Shown: positions 11,333 to 21,253, counted from the first letter of the stretch. The stretch: 45,138 nucleotides of DNA from an uncultured Alphaproteobacteria bacterium (GCA_903939555.1 CAJAHV010000031.1:1-45138), one strand, 5' to 3'. Translations and numbers: made by a program. Notes: generated by a model from the letters alone, not told the origin.

Positions 11333-12615
11333 GCCAACGCCTCCACCAGCGCGGCAAACGCATCCCCGCGCGCTTCGAAGTCGCGGAACTGATCGAAACT
11401 GGCGCACGCCGGTGACAGCAACACGGTGTCCCCTGGGCGCGCCGCCGCCGCCGCTTGCGCGACAGCGCGTTCGAGCGTGCCCGACAGACACACCGGCAAA
11501 TGCGGCGCCAGCAGCGGCGCGAACAGCGGCGCCGCCTCGCCGATCAGATAGGCGGCAACGACATCGCCGAGGAAGGGCAGCACCGGGGCCAGGTCGACAG
11601 CACCCGCGGCGTCGAGCTTGGGCCGCCCCCCAGCGATCCAATGAGTACGCGGAAAAGCACCGAGCGCGGGCGCCGAGCTGTCGGCATTGGTCGCCTTGGA
11701 ATCATTGACCCACAGCACCCCCGATTTGACGGCGATGCGCTGCATCCGGTGCGGCAGGCCGGGATAGCTCCGCAGGCCCGCAGCGATTTCGGCCTGCGTC
11801 AGGCCCAGCGCCACGCAGGCGGCGATGGCAGCGCGGGCGTTCTGGAGATTGTGCGGCCCCTGCAACGCCGGCCAATCGGCCTGGTTGCCGGCATCGACGT
11901 CCTCGATGAACTGGATCGAAGGTTCTTCGGCCTCATCGAGGACATCATGTTCGGCTTCGGCATCCCACCCGACGATGGCGGTACGGAACGGCGACTGCAT
12001 GGTGAACAACCGCGCCTTGGCAGCGGCATAAGCGGCCAGGCTGCCGTGGCGTTCGAGATGATCGGGCGTGATGTTGAGCAGGATAGTGACATCGCAATCG
12101 AGGCTGAAGGTGATATCGAGCTGGTAACTGCTGAGTTCGAGCACATAGATGCCGCCGGCGGGCAGCGGTTCCTGCGACAGGATCGGCAGGCCGATGTTGC
12201 CGCCCATCCGCGTCGGCGCCCCTGCCGCCGCAAGCATGTGGTGGATGAGTGCCGTCGTCGTCGATTTGCCGTTGGTGCCGGTGATGCCGACAACACGGTG
12301 TGCCGGCAATGCGGGTCGCGCCTGCGCAAACAATTCGATATCGCAGATAACCGGGACACCCGCCGCCTGCGCCTTGACGAACAGCGGCGCCGAATGCGGC
12401 ACACCGGGCGAGACGATGAGCGCTTCGAGCCCCGACAGATCGATATCATGCAGGTTGGTCAGCGGGCCGGCAAAAGCAGTGCGCGCCGCCTCCCCATCGT
12501 CCCAGTTCAGGCAGGTAGCACCCGAAGCCGTGAGTGCGGCGACAGTTGCCGTGCCGCTGCGGGCAAGGCCGTAGACGCCATAGGTTTTGCCGGCAAAGGC
12601 GGGCGACGTGATCAC
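11329..12615 (-). CDS. murD: UDP-MurNAc-L-Ala--D-glutamate ligase
   Basis: GLARSG, SPG, GTNGKST, ELSSYQL, NDSKATN and [15 protein letters not shown] start overlaps the mraY TGA. Confidence 0.96.
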   Translation of the reverse strand: MITSPAFAGKTYGVYGLARSGTATVAALTASGATCLNWDDGEAARTAFAGPLTNLHDIDLSGLEALIVSPGVPHSAPLFVKAQAAGVPVICDIELFAQARPALPAHRVVGITGTNGKSTTTALIHHMLAAAGAPTRMGGNIGLPILSQEPLPAGGIYVLELSSYQLDITFSLDCDVTILLNITPDHLERHGSLAAYAAAKARLFTMQSPFRTAIVGWDAEAEHDVLDEAEEPSIQFIEDVDAGNQADWPALQGPHNLQNARAAIAACVALGLTQAEIAAGLRSYPGLPHRMQRIAVKSGVLWVNDSKATNADSSAPALGAFPRTHWIAGGRPKLDAAGAVDLAPVLPFLGDVVAAYLIGEAAPLFAPLLAPHLPVCLSGTLERAVAQAAAAARPGDTVLLSPACASFDQFRDFEARGDAFAALVEALA

Positions 12616-13685
12616 CGCAGCTTCAACGTGGCAAGGCCGGCAAGCGCCAACACGATCGAGATAATCCAGAAACGAATGACAACGGTCGATTCTGCCCAAC
12701 CCAATTGTTCGAAATGATGGTGGATCGGTGCCATGCGGAACACCCGCTTGCCGGTGGTCTTGAAGCTGACGACCTGAACGATGACACTGACGGTTTCGAG
12801 AACAAACAGACCGCCGATGACGAGCAGAACCAGTTCATGATTGGTGATGACCGCAATGCTGCCGAGCGCGCCGCCAAGTGCGAGGCTGCCGGTATCACCC
12901 ATGAACACCGCCGCCGGCGGGGCATTGTACCACAGGAATCCCAGACACGCGCCGATCAATGCCGCAGCAAACACCGCCAGTTCCCCCGATCCGGGAACAT
13001 GATGGACACCCAGATAATCCGAAAAACGGATATTGCCGACCAGATAGGCGATGATCGCAAAGGCGGCAGCGGCGATAACGACCGGCATCGTTGCCAGCCC
13101 GTCGAGCCCGTCGGTAAGGTTCACGGCATTACCGAAACCCGTCACGATGAAGGCGGCAAAGGCGATGTAGACAACGCCAAGCGGCAGCCCTGCGTCCTTG
13201 AGGAACGGCAGATACAGAGTCGTGCCGGTACGGCTGGCGATCCAGGTGCAGGCCAGCCCGGCGATGAAGAATTCGATAAGCAGACGTGTGCGCCCCGAAA
13301 CACCCTTGGTGCTGCGCTTGGTGACCTTGTCGTAATCATCCATGAAACCGATGGTGCCGAAACCCAGCGTAACAAACAGGCTCGCCCAGACAAAGCCGTT
13401 GCCGGTGTCCATCCAAAGCAGCGTCGAAACGGTCAGTGCGATCAGGATCATCAGCCCGCCCATCGTCGGCGTGCCCTTCTTGGTCAGCAGGTGCGATGCC
13501 GGGCCATCCTCGCGGATCGGCTGGCCCTTGCCCTGCTTGCTGCGCAACAGACTGATGAAGCGCGGGCCGATGAACAGCGCGATGGAAAGCGCCGTCACCA
13601 AAGCCCCCACCGAACGGAAGGTAATGTAGCGGAACAGGTTGAGGAACCCCTCGAACCCCGCCCAATCGGCGATCGCGTTGATCAA
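12612..13685 (-). CDS. mraY: Phospho-N-acetylmuramoyl-pentapeptide transferase
   Basis: [30 protein letters not shown] and [11 protein letters not shown] start overlaps the murF TGA. Confidence 0.98.
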   Translation of the reverse strand: MINAIADWAGFEGFLNLFRYITFRSVGALVTALSIALFIGPRFISLLRSKQGKGQPIREDGPASHLLTKKGTPTMGGLMILIALTVSTLLWMDTGNGFVWASLFVTLGFGTIGFMDDYDKVTKRSTKGVSGRTRLLIEFFIAGLACTWIASRTGTTLYLPFLKDAGLPLGVVYIAFAAFIVTGFGNAVNLTDGLDGLATMPVVIAAAAFAIIAYLVGNIRFSDYLGVHHVPGSGELAVFAAALIGACLGFLWYNAPPAAVFMGDTGSLALGGALGSIAVITNHELVLLVIGGLFVLETVSVIVQVVSFKTTGKRVFRMAPIHHHFEQLGWAESTVVIRFWIISIVLALAGLATLKLR

Positions 13686-15070
13686 CCCAAATCCTCCTGT
13701 CCGCGCAGATGTGCGACCACATCCCCCAGTCTCACGCTGTTCGAAGCCTTGACCAGTAAGACATCATCACCGGTCAGCAACCGGCCAATCTCGGCCTGCG
13801 CAGCGCCAGCATCGGCTACGTGCAGCACATGTAGCCGCCGCGCCAGTGCTGCTGCCAGCGGTTTCATCTCGTTACCCACAAGAATTATGCTCGAAACACC
13901 CGCAGCCACTATATGTGGTGCCAATTCGGCGTGAAAACGCTCCGACAGCCCGCCCAGTTCGCGCATCGCGCCAAGCATGGCAAGCCGCCGCCCCTGCCCC
14001 GCTGGCACGATCTCGCCGAGGACCGCCAACGACGCCGCCATTGAGGCAGGGTTGGCGTTGTAGCTTTCATCGATGATGACCGCCGGGCCAGTCGGTGTCG
14101 CCACGCGCAGCCGCTGCCCGCGCCCAGGCAAATCGGTCAATTCGGCCAGCGCCAGTCCGGCGAGCGCCAGATCCCCCCCCGCCGCATCGACAGCCGCCAG
14201 TACGGCCAGGGCGTTACCTACCCAGTGGCGCCCAGCCATGCCGACCTTGAAGGTCAGCCGCTGGTTGCCCACGCGGGCCGTCACGCACGAACAATCAGGA
14301 TGCAGCGCCACCTGTTCGGCAACGACATCGGCGCCGTCACCGGTGCCAAAGGTGACGATTTTTGCTGCATGCGGCCGGGCATGGCCAAGCAAACGGTCGC
14401 GGTGCGGATTATCGAACGGAATGATCGCAGTGCCGCCAGGCTGCAATCCGGCAAAAATTTCGCCCTTGGCATCGGCAATGCCGGCTTCATCGGCAAAATT
14501 CTCGATATGCGCCGAGGCAACCCACGTAATAACGGCAATCGCCGGGCGCACCTGTTGCGTCAACGCGGCGATCTCGCCGGCATGGTTCATGCCCATTTCA
14601 AAGATGCCGAAGCGACTGTCGGCGGGCATCCGCGCCAGACTCAGCGGCACGCCGGTATGGTTGTTATAGCTTTTCACCGACGCATGGACTGCGCCCGGAG
14701 CAAAGCGTTCGAGCGACGCGCGAATCGCCTCCTTGACACCGGTCTTGCCGACCGAGCCCGTCACCCCGATGCGCAGGGCCGAGCTCCGTTCGCGCGCCGC
14801 CGCCGCCAGCGCAACCAGCGCTGCATTGGGATCGGGAACCAGCACATGCGGTGCATCGACCGCCCGGCTGACGATCAGGCCGGCGGCTCCATTGGCAATC
14901 GCCTGCGGCACGAAACGGTGGCCGTCCATGGCTTCGCCCTGCATGGCGATGAACAGGTCCCCCGCGCCGACTTCGCGACTGTCGAATGTGACGCCGGTGG
15001 CAACAAAATCACCAGAGAGCACACCACCCGTGGCGGCAGCGATGGCGGTACCGGTCCAGAGCGCGGTCAT
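13682..15070 (-). CDS. murF: UDP-MurNAc-tripeptide--D-Ala-D-Ala ligase
   Basis: [32 protein letters not shown] and KASN. ATGA overlap with the murE stop. Confidence 0.96.
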   Translation of the reverse strand: MTALWTGTAIAAATGGVLSGDFVATGVTFDSREVGAGDLFIAMQGEAMDGHRFVPQAIANGAAGLIVSRAVDAPHVLVPDPNAALVALAAAARERSSALRIGVTGSVGKTGVKEAIRASLERFAPGAVHASVKSYNNHTGVPLSLARMPADSRFGIFEMGMNHAGEIAALTQQVRPAIAVITWVASAHIENFADEAGIADAKGEIFAGLQPGGTAIIPFDNPHRDRLLGHARPHAAKIVTFGTGDGADVVAEQVALHPDCSCVTARVGNQRLTFKVGMAGRHWVGNALAVLAAVDAAGGDLALAGLALAELTDLPGRGQRLRVATPTGPAVIIDESYNANPASMAASLAVLGEIVPAGQGRRLAMLGAMRELGGLSERFHAELAPHIVAAGVSSIILVGNEMKPLAAALARRLHVLHVADAGAAQAEIGRLLTGDDVLLVKASNSVRLGDVVAHLRGQEDLG

Positions 15071-16485
15071 GCGGCGCACTCGCGCGCGACCTGGACATCG
15101 TCGAACGGCAGCACCTGCGCGCCAACGATCTGGCCCTGTTCATGCCCTTTGCCGGCGATAAGCACGACGTCATCGGCGCCGCTGGCGGCAATAGCTGTGG
15201 CAATCGCGGCACGACGGTCGGCAACTTCGCTCGCACCGGGCGCTGCGACGAGGATGGCGGCGCGGATCATGGCCGGATCTTCGGAACGCGGGTTGTCGTC
15301 AGTAACGATCACCTGATCGGCAATGGCGACGGCCGCAGCCCCCATCAGTGGCCTCTTACCCTGGTCGCGATCACCACCGGCACCGAAAACGAGGATGAGC
15401 CGACCCCGCGTGTGCGGGCGCAACGCCGCCGCTGCCGCCTCGAGTGCATCGGGCGTGTGGGCATAATCGACATAGACCGGCGCCCCCGAGCGGGCGATGA
15501 CGGCGCGTTCGAGCCGGCCGCGCACCGGCCGAACCCGCGCCAGTTGCGCCAGCGTCGCCGCCACCGCGCCGCCACAGGCGATGACCAGTCCGGCGGCGAC
15601 CAACGCGTTGGCGGCTTGATAGGCGCCAATCAGCGGCAGGGCGATACTATGGTCCCGGCCATCGGCCGTCACCACCAGCGTCTGGCCGAGCGCCGTCGGA
15701 GTGCGCGATTTCAGCATCAGTGTTTCGCCAGCCGTGCCCACGCTGACAACCTTCAATCCGCGCGCCCGGGCCGCGGCGATGACCCGGCCCGACCAGGGTT
15801 CGTCATCGGCCCAGACCACCGCCGTGCCATCGCCATCGACAACATCGGTGAACAACCGCAGCTTGGCGGCAAAATAGGCCGACATCGTGCCGTGATAGTC
15901 GAGATGATCGCGCGAAAGGTTCGTGAAGGCCGCAGCGCGCACCGGCAGCCCTTCGGTACGGAATTGATCAAGACCATGGCTGCTCGCTTCGAAGCTGGCG
16001 TGGCTGATGCCTTCGCGTTGCAGCCCGGCCATGTTGGCGAGGAAGGTCACGACATCGGGCGTGGTCAGACCCGTTGTCACCTGATCATGCGCGGTGGTGA
16101 CGCCCAACGTGCCGATGGAGGCGGCGACATGCCCGGCCAGATCCCACAACTGCCGGGTCAGTTCTGCGGTTGAAGTCTTGCCGTTGGTGCCGGTGACGGC
16201 GACGACCATCTGCGGGAACGGCGCATAGAAGCGCGCCGCAAGCCGGGCAAAGGCCGCCCGCGCGGGGTCCGCAGTGATGTGAAAGGCGCCGGCGACCGTC
16301 ACGCCGGGGCGCGTGACGATGGCGATGGCGCCCGCTGCGATAGCGGCAGGGATGAAATCCTCACCATTTACTCGCGCGCCGGGAAAGGCGCCAAAGATCG
16401 TTCCGGGGGCGACCTTGCGATGATCGATGGCAAAGCCGGTGACCAGCGCCTCACCGCCGCCACTGACCAGGTCCCCCAGCCGCAT
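15067..16485 (-). CDS. murE: UDP-MurNAc-dipeptide--meso-DAP ligase
   Basis: GTNGKTS, LTTP, EASSH, DHLDYH, DYAHTP, mDAP-specific DNPR and GKGHE. Confidence 0.97.
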   Translation of the reverse strand: MRLGDLVSGGGEALVTGFAIDHRKVAPGTIFGAFPGARVNGEDFIPAAIAAGAIAIVTRPGVTVAGAFHITADPARAAFARLAARFYAPFPQMVVAVTGTNGKTSTAELTRQLWDLAGHVAASIGTLGVTTAHDQVTTGLTTPDVVTFLANMAGLQREGISHASFEASSHGLDQFRTEGLPVRAAAFTNLSRDHLDYHGTMSAYFAAKLRLFTDVVDGDGTAVVWADDEPWSGRVIAAARARGLKVVSVGTAGETLMLKSRTPTALGQTLVVTADGRDHSIALPLIGAYQAANALVAAGLVIACGGAVAATLAQLARVRPVRGRLERAVIARSGAPVYVDYAHTPDALEAAAAALRPHTRGRLILVFGAGGDRDQGKRPLMGAAAVAIADQVIVTDDNPRSEDPAMIRAAILVAAPGASEVADRRAAIATAIAASGADDVVLIAGKGHEQGQIVGAQVLPFDDVQVARECAA

Positions 16486-16488
16486 TCT

Positions 16489-18252
16489 CTATTCCTCGAC
16501 GGCTTCGGGGGCCTTGGCCGCCACTGCCGACAGATCGACATCACGCGTCGCTTCGGGTGCGATGCCCAGGATTGGCGCGATCTTGGTGATCAACCGACTG
16601 GTCGCCGGCGCGATCGTCATGCCAGCGGTCCTGAAGCCAAAACTGGTCTTGCTGCCCTTGGGATCGTCGATCATCATGACGACAACGTAGCGAGGCGCAT
16701 CCATTGGAAACGCCGCGGCAAAGGTCGAGACATTGGCACCGCGCACATAGCGGCCATTGACGACCTTTTCAGCGGTACCGGTCTTGCCGCCGACGCGATA
16801 GCCAGGGGCGTCAGCCTTGCGCCCGGTGCCAGTGGTCACCACCAGCCGCAGCAATGCGCGCATGAGTTCCGAGGTCGATGGCTTGAACACTCGGCGGCCA
16901 TAGATCGGCTGCCCTGGCGTCGCCTTGATGAGAGTTGGCTTGTGATAGACTCCGCCATTGACCAGCGCGGCATAGCCGGCAGCGAGGTGCAGCGGCGTCA
17001 CCGCCATGCCGTGACCATAACCGATGGTCATGGTTGCCAGCTCGCCCCAATTGTTGAGCGGCGGATATTGCGGGCGTGAGCGTTCTCCGAGTTCGAAATC
17101 GACCTGCTTGAAAAAACCGAGTTTTTCCAACATGGCGCGCTGCCGGTCACGCCCGACGGCGGATGCAATGCGCGCCGTGCCGATGTTCGATGAATGGGTG
17201 AAGATCTCGGGCACCGTTTCCCAGCGGTTGAGCGCATGGTCGTCGTGGATCACCTTGCCGGCAATGACCAGCGGCCGGCTCGCGTCGTAAGTCTGGCTCA
17301 TCGAGGTGATGACACCTGAATCGATCCCGCTGGCGATCGTGAAGGCCTTGAAGGTCGACCCCAGTTCGAAAGTCGCAAAGGTCGCCTGATTGTAGCGCGA
17401 CGCATCGTCGGACTTGCCGGGAGCGTTGGGATTGAAATCGGGCTGCGATGTCATGGCCACGACTTCGCCGGTATCGACATCCAGCACGATCCCGGCGGCA
17501 CCGGCAGCACGCTGGTCGAGATAGACGCTGCGCAATTCATGTTCGAGCGCCTGCTGAACGCGCACGTCGAGCGCCAGTTGCAACGGCACGCCACGCATGC
17601 CGTCATCGCGAAGCCTGTCGTTGAAGGCCTTTTCAAGCGCTACAGCGCCGATTCCCTTGTCATCAGTATAACCGATGACATGGCTGGCAAGATTGAAATT
17701 GGGATAAAGTCGCTCGGCCTCGCGGCGCAGGAAGATGGCGGGTTCGCCCAGATCATTGATGCGCTTGGCTTCGGACGGCAGCACCCGGCGGGCAATATAA
17801 CGAAATTGGCTGCGGCTCGCCAATTCGGCATAGATTTCGCCCTCGGTCTTGTCGTTCAGGATTCCGGCGATGCTGCGCGCCAACAGCGCCGGGTTGCCGG
17901 CGAGTTTGCGGGGTTCGACCGATACGGCATAAGCTTCGAAGGTTCGGGCAAGTTCGATGCCATTGCGGTCGATGATGTCGGCGCGGGGCGGCGCGGCGCT
18001 GGCGATGGTGCGCGCCATGGCCGGGCGTGCTTCGAAAATCGCAAGGTCAGCGAGCCGCAGCGCCAGCAACACGGGGACGGCGAGGAACAGCAACAGTAAC
18101 AATACCAGTCGCTGCCGTGCCAGCCCCTGCGCTTCCTGCCGCTGGCCGGCGAGTGGCGTGCCCGGCGCGCGGACAGCTGCGGCAGGGCGCGGCCGTGGCG
18201 ACGCCAGCGACGGGGCGGGTTTGCCTGCAACAAGGATCATCGGTCCGGCCAT
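16489..18252 (-). CDS. ftsI: Class B penicillin-binding protein PBP3
   Basis: N-terminal TM, RADIIDRNG, SxxK (GSTFK), SxN (SSN) and KTGT; position in the dcw cluster. Confidence 0.95.
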   Translation of the reverse strand: MAGPMILVAGKPAPSLASPRPRPAAAVRAPGTPLAGQRQEAQGLARQRLVLLLLLFLAVPVLLALRLADLAIFEARPAMARTIASAAPPRADIIDRNGIELARTFEAYAVSVEPRKLAGNPALLARSIAGILNDKTEGEIYAELASRSQFRYIARRVLPSEAKRINDLGEPAIFLRREAERLYPNFNLASHVIGYTDDKGIGAVALEKAFNDRLRDDGMRGVPLQLALDVRVQQALEHELRSVYLDQRAAGAAGIVLDVDTGEVVAMTSQPDFNPNAPGKSDDASRYNQATFATFELGSTFKAFTIASGIDSGVITSMSQTYDASRPLVIAGKVIHDDHALNRWETVPEIFTHSSNIGTARIASAVGRDRQRAMLEKLGFFKQVDFELGERSRPQYPPLNNWGELATMTIGYGHGMAVTPLHLAAGYAALVNGGVYHKPTLIKATPGQPIYGRRVFKPSTSELMRALLRLVVTTGTGRKADAPGYRVGGKTGTAEKVVNGRYVRGANVSTFAAAFPMDAPRYVVVMMIDDPKGSKTSFGFRTAGMTIAPATSRLITKIAPILGIAPEATRDVDLSAVAAKAPEAVEE

Positions 18253-18261
18253 GGTGAGGGG

Positions 18262-18960
18262 TTACTGCCCCCCTTGCGGTAGCAGGTCGATCGGTGCGCC
18301 TAGGGCGCGCGGCGATTCTTCCATGGTCGGTGCAACCTTGCGTGGCTCTGGCTTGCGGGGCTCTGCCTTGCGGGGCTCGGGGCGCGACACCTCGGATGCG
18401 AGGACGACCCGGCGGACTTCTTGCCGGGCAAGCTGCGGACGCTGCGGGCGCTGGGTTTCGGCCAACACCGGCACGGGACGCGATGGCACGAATTCAACTG
18501 TCGGGGCCGGCATGCGCTGCGGCACGACATAGCCGGCACGGATGAGGCGAGCGGCAGGTGCCGGCGCTTCCCGATAGGCAACCTCGACCAGCGGCGCGGT
18601 CACGGGCGTGGCGACATCAGGGGCGGTGACCGCATAGACCACGCCCGGGCTGGGTGCGGCGGGTGCGGCGGGTGCGGCAGCATAGCTGGCAAGTTCGAGC
18701 GGCGAGCGCAGGAACTGGCCGGCGGCTGGCGCCGACATCTGCAGCACATTGTCGTTCCAGCGCTGCAATTCGGGGAAGCGTGCGCGGGTACGCAGTTCGG
18801 CCTGCAGGTTTCGCATCTCACGCGCGTCGGCAACGAGCTGGTTGCGCAGCGCTTCGACTTCGGCGCGTTCTCCCGAAACCCGCAGGTTGATCGTATAGGA
18901 ACCGACGGCGGCCACCATCGTGGTGACCAGCATCATCACCGTTCCGGCATAATTTCTCAT
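18262..18960 (-). CDS. ftsL: FtsL-like cell division protein with long Pro/Ala-rich C-terminal tail
   Basis: Short N-terminus, TM, heptad coiled coil (LRVSGERAEVEALRNQL..LQAELRTRA..LQRWN). Sits in the ftsL slot between rsmH and ftsI. Confidence 0.75.
   Translation of the reverse strand: MRNYAGTVMMLVTTMVAAVGSYTINLRVSGERAEVEALRNQLVADAREMRNLQAELRTRARFPELQRWNDNVLQMSAPAAGQFLRSPLELASYAAAPAAPAAPSPGVVYAVTAPDVATPVTAPLVEVAYREAPAPAARLIRAGYVVPQRMPAPTVEFVPSRPVPVLAETQRPQRPQLARQEVRRVVLASEVSRPEPRKAEPRKPEPRKVAPTMEESPRALGAPIDLLPQGGQ
18337..18381 (-). repeat. Three imperfect 15-bp tandem repeats inside ftsL, encoding PEPRK-AEPRK-PEPRK
   Basis: + strand cttgcgtggctctgg / cttgcggggctctgc / cttgcggggctcggg. A second 9-bp x3 repeat (gggtgcggc) lies at 18652-18678. 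Confidence 0.85.
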
Positions 18961-19925
18961 GCTGACCTCACAAACAAGGCGGACGCCGGCGAGACCCGTG
19001 CCGACCAGGCGGGGGCGGTAGTGCGCACGGCGGCGCGCAATGTCGCCGACCGGGCGCGCGGATTGCCGGCGACTTCGGCATCGGATGGCCGCACCGCCCG
19101 CGCCGGACGCTCGAAACTTGGGGCGCGCGCCGTCGGCGCCAATGGCAAGTGGCGTGATCCCGACGGCCCGCTGCCCGACCTGTCGCGCAGGAAGGCCTTG
19201 ACGCGGCGATCTTCGGCGGAATGAAAGCTGACCACGGCGAGCCGGCCACCGGGCCGCAGCAGGCGCTCGGCTGCCGCCAGCCCGGCATCGAGCTGCCCGA
19301 GCTCATCGTTCACATGGATACGAAGCGCCTGGAAGCTGCGCGTCGCCGCATCCTTGCCGCCCGGCTGATGACCGAGCACCGAACGCACCAACCGCGCCAG
19401 TTCCGATGTGCGCGTCAGCGGGCGGTCGTGCACGATAGCGCGGGCGATCCGGCGTGCCCCTGGTTCATCGCCCAGCTTGAACAGCACATCGGCGATCTCC
19501 GCCTCGCTGGCGGTATTGATGAAATCGGCCGCAGTCATGCCGGCCTGACCCATGCGCATGTCGAGCGGGCCATCGGCCTGAAAAGAAAAACCGCGTTCCG
19601 GCTGGTCGATCTGCATCGACGAGACACCGATATCAAAAGCCATGGCGTCAACGCCGTCGATGCCATGGTCGGCCAGCCCGGCCTCCATTTCGGCAAAGGG
19701 GCGGTTGATCAGGATGACATCATCGGCGCTGGCCAGATCGGCGTTGAGCGCGATCGCAATGGCATCACGATCGAAGCCTATCGCCCGACCCAACCCGGCA
19801 GCGCGTGCGGCGCGCAGATAGCCGCCGGCTCCCAGCGTGGCATCGACATAGATGTCGTCCGGGCGGATCGCCAACGCCGCCAGTGTTTCGGCCAGCAGAA
19901 CGGGAATATGGGGGGCCATGGTCAC
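18957..19925 (-). CDS. rsmH: 16S rRNA m4C1402 methyltransferase
   Basis: HIPVLL, DATLGAGGY, DIGVSSMQID..RGFSF..DGPLDMRM, FQALRI.VN.EL and NPRARSA. Start is GTG 19925 (overlapping the mraZ TGA) or ATG 19919. Confidence 0.97.
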   Translation of the reverse strand: MTMAPHIPVLLAETLAALAIRPDDIYVDATLGAGGYLRAARAAGLGRAIGFDRDAIAIALNADLASADDVILINRPFAEMEAGLADHGIDGVDAMAFDIGVSSMQIDQPERGFSFQADGPLDMRMGQAGMTAADFINTASEAEIADVLFKLGDEPGARRIARAIVHDRPLTRTSELARLVRSVLGHQPGGKDAATRSFQALRIHVNDELGQLDAGLAAAERLLRPGGRLAVVSFHSAEDRRVKAFLRDRSGSGPSGSRHLPLAPTARAPSFERPARAVRPSDAEVAGNPRARSATLRAAVRTTAPAWSARVSPASALFVRSA

Positions 19926-20410
19926 CGCGCCGGTTCCTGGAGCGGCAACCCTTTGGCCTGCATCTCCCGCAGCAGGGTGCGGCGCATGCGCGGCTCCAGG
20001 TCCGGCAGCTCTAGGAAGCGATAGGGGTTCCACATCTGGAACCACTTTCCCCCGGCAATGAACCAGACGTGGCTGGTCAGATCACCCAGATCACGAAGGC
20101 CTGCGGTAACGACGATGCGGCCGGGTTCATCGATCTTGTAGCTCAATGCGCCGCCGAACAGGCCGATGGCTCGCATCGCCCCGTCAACGCTTTCTTCGTC
20201 GACATCCTGGGCATCAAGCCGAGCCTGCAGGTCACGGTGGCGCGTATCGTCATAGGCGATAAGGCAATCGAAGCCCTTCGCCGGACCAACATAAAGGTCC
20301 GACGTGCCCGAGCGGGCCTTGATCACGTCACGGAACTCCGAAGGAATCGAAAGACGATTCTTCGTGTCGATCGCGTTCAGCGAATAGCCAGTGAAGGAAA
20401 TGTCCGTCAA
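19922..20410 (-). CDS. mraZ: Transcriptional regulator MraZ
   Basis: F.G....IDTKNRLSIPSEFR and IDEPGRI (DxxxR repeats), FQMWNP. First gene of the dcw cluster; TTG start. Confidence 0.92.
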   Translation of the reverse strand: MTDISFTGYSLNAIDTKNRLSIPSEFRDVIKARSGTSDLYVGPAKGFDCLIAYDDTRHRDLQARLDAQDVDEESVDGAMRAIGLFGGALSYKIDEPGRIVVTAGLRDLGDLTSHVWFIAGGKWFQMWNPYRFLELPDLEPRMRRTLLREMQAKGLPLQEPAR

Positions 20411-20523
20411 CCACGCGCCCCTGCAACGAGGATGGGCGGCCTTGTCTCAAGCGTTACCGGCTACTCCCGGACCTACGCATCAACCCGACCACGCAATGGC
20501 GTTCCCGCCCCCATTGTGGACAA

Positions 20524-20552
20524 GCTATATCATGGGATAACGTGGGTCTCAA
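20524..20552 (-). promoter_or_regulatory. sigma70-type promoter of the dcw operon (Pmra)
   Basis: Minus strand TTGAGA (20547-20552), N17, TATAGC (20524-20529). Confidence 0.75.
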
Positions 20553-20587
20553 TGGTCTATCGTGGGAAAAGACCCCGATTCATGGGG
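20533..20587 (+). promoter_or_regulatory. MraZ operator: TGGGN boxes at 10-bp period
   Basis: TGGGA 20533, TGGGT 20543, TGGTC 20553, TGGGA 20563, no box at 20573, TGGGG 20583. Matches the known MraZ direct-repeat architecture and overlaps the promoter. Confidence 0.8.
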
Positions 20588-20650
20588 ACAACCATGGAAG
20601 AATGCGCCTTGAAAGCGAAATTGACCGTATCCTAAAGGGCAATTCAAGGT

Positions 20651-20659
20651 TGTGGATAA
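20651..20659 (-). promoter_or_regulatory. Perfect DnaA box TTATCCACA
   Basis: + strand TGTGGATAA. Co-oriented near-matches at 20515, 20583, 20663 and 20696. Confidence 0.65.
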
Positions 20660-20738
20660 GTCTGTGGCCAACAGCCGGAAACCACCGCAACAATCGGTGG
20701 ACAAGGCGAGGCTCGGGGGGGATTATCGACGTTGTCAC

Positions 20739-20770
20739 AAAACTGCCTTGCAACCCAAAGGGTTGCGGCA
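20739..20770 (-). terminator. Probable intrinsic terminator of the small membrane-protein gene
   Basis: Minus strand TGCC-GCAACCC-TTT-GGGTTGC-AA-GGCA followed by GTTTT, 12 nt after the stop at 20783. Confidence 0.6.
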
Positions 20771-20782
20771 ATGTGGCAGGTA

Positions 20783-21115
20783 TCAACCGCGCGTCGGACG
20801 CGCCAAGGGCGTAGCGGGTGCCGGCGCCAAGTTAGCCGGCGGGGCCGGATCGCGGCCAGGTGTCGAAAGGCCGGAACCGGGCGCCACACCCAGCACGGCG
20901 AGCGGCTCCCCGGTCGCTTCCGGAGCGCGCCCGGCAGGGCCGGGACGCAACCCGGCGGCGGCAACAAGCACAAGCAGAAAAATCGCGGCGAGCCCAGTCA
21001 GACCAACCCGGATACGCTGGTCGCTGCCGACCCGGCCAACGCTCGCATCCCGACCACCCGCAGAGGTGCCCAGATTTTCTTGCGTCTCACTGAAGCTGCG
21101 TTTCAGCAGTGACAT
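20783..21115 (-). CDS. Small single-TM hypothetical protein (110 aa)
   Basis: ATG 21115 after GAGGG. One TM (RIRVGLTGLAAIFLLVLVAAAGL) followed by EPLAVLGVAP. Flanked by its own promoter candidate and terminator. Confidence 0.7.
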   Translation of the reverse strand: MSLLKRSFSETQENLGTSAGGRDASVGRVGSDQRIRVGLTGLAAIFLLVLVAAAGLRPGPAGRAPEATGEPLAVLGVAPGSGLSTPGRDPAPPANLAPAPATPLARPTRG

Positions 21116-21224
21116 CGACCCTCGCTGTTCCTCGTTTCCACCGGGTTCGTTGCCCGGTTGCTGCCCACCCGATGACGGCGAAGGCCGGCACAACTCAGGA
21201 CAAAACGTGTCGCGTTAGGACGAA

Positions 21225-21253
21225 TACATACGGCCTCGGCCGAAGAATGTCGA
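21225..21253 (-). promoter_or_regulatory. Candidate promoter for the small membrane-protein gene
   Basis: Minus strand TCGACA, N17, TATGTA. Confidence 0.45.

Noticed and set aside
11895-11970. Acidic segment in MurD ([14 protein letters not shown])
   Set aside because: Falls in a variable region; all ligase motifs are intact.
4843-19925. Chain of ATGA/GTGA/TTGA overlaps and non-ATG starts across the dcw cluster
   Set aside because: Normal translational coupling for dcw operons; used only to refine start codons.
20515-20704. Replication origin suggested by DnaA boxes
   Set aside because: Only one perfect box, no AT-rich unwinding element, and no dnaA/hemE/parAB context. A whole-genome GC-skew analysis would settle it.
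20411-20782. RNase P RNA (rnpB), often found upstream of mraZ in alphaproteobacteria
   Set aside because: The conserved GAGGAAAGTCC core is absent on both strands; the interval is explained by promoter, operator and terminator.
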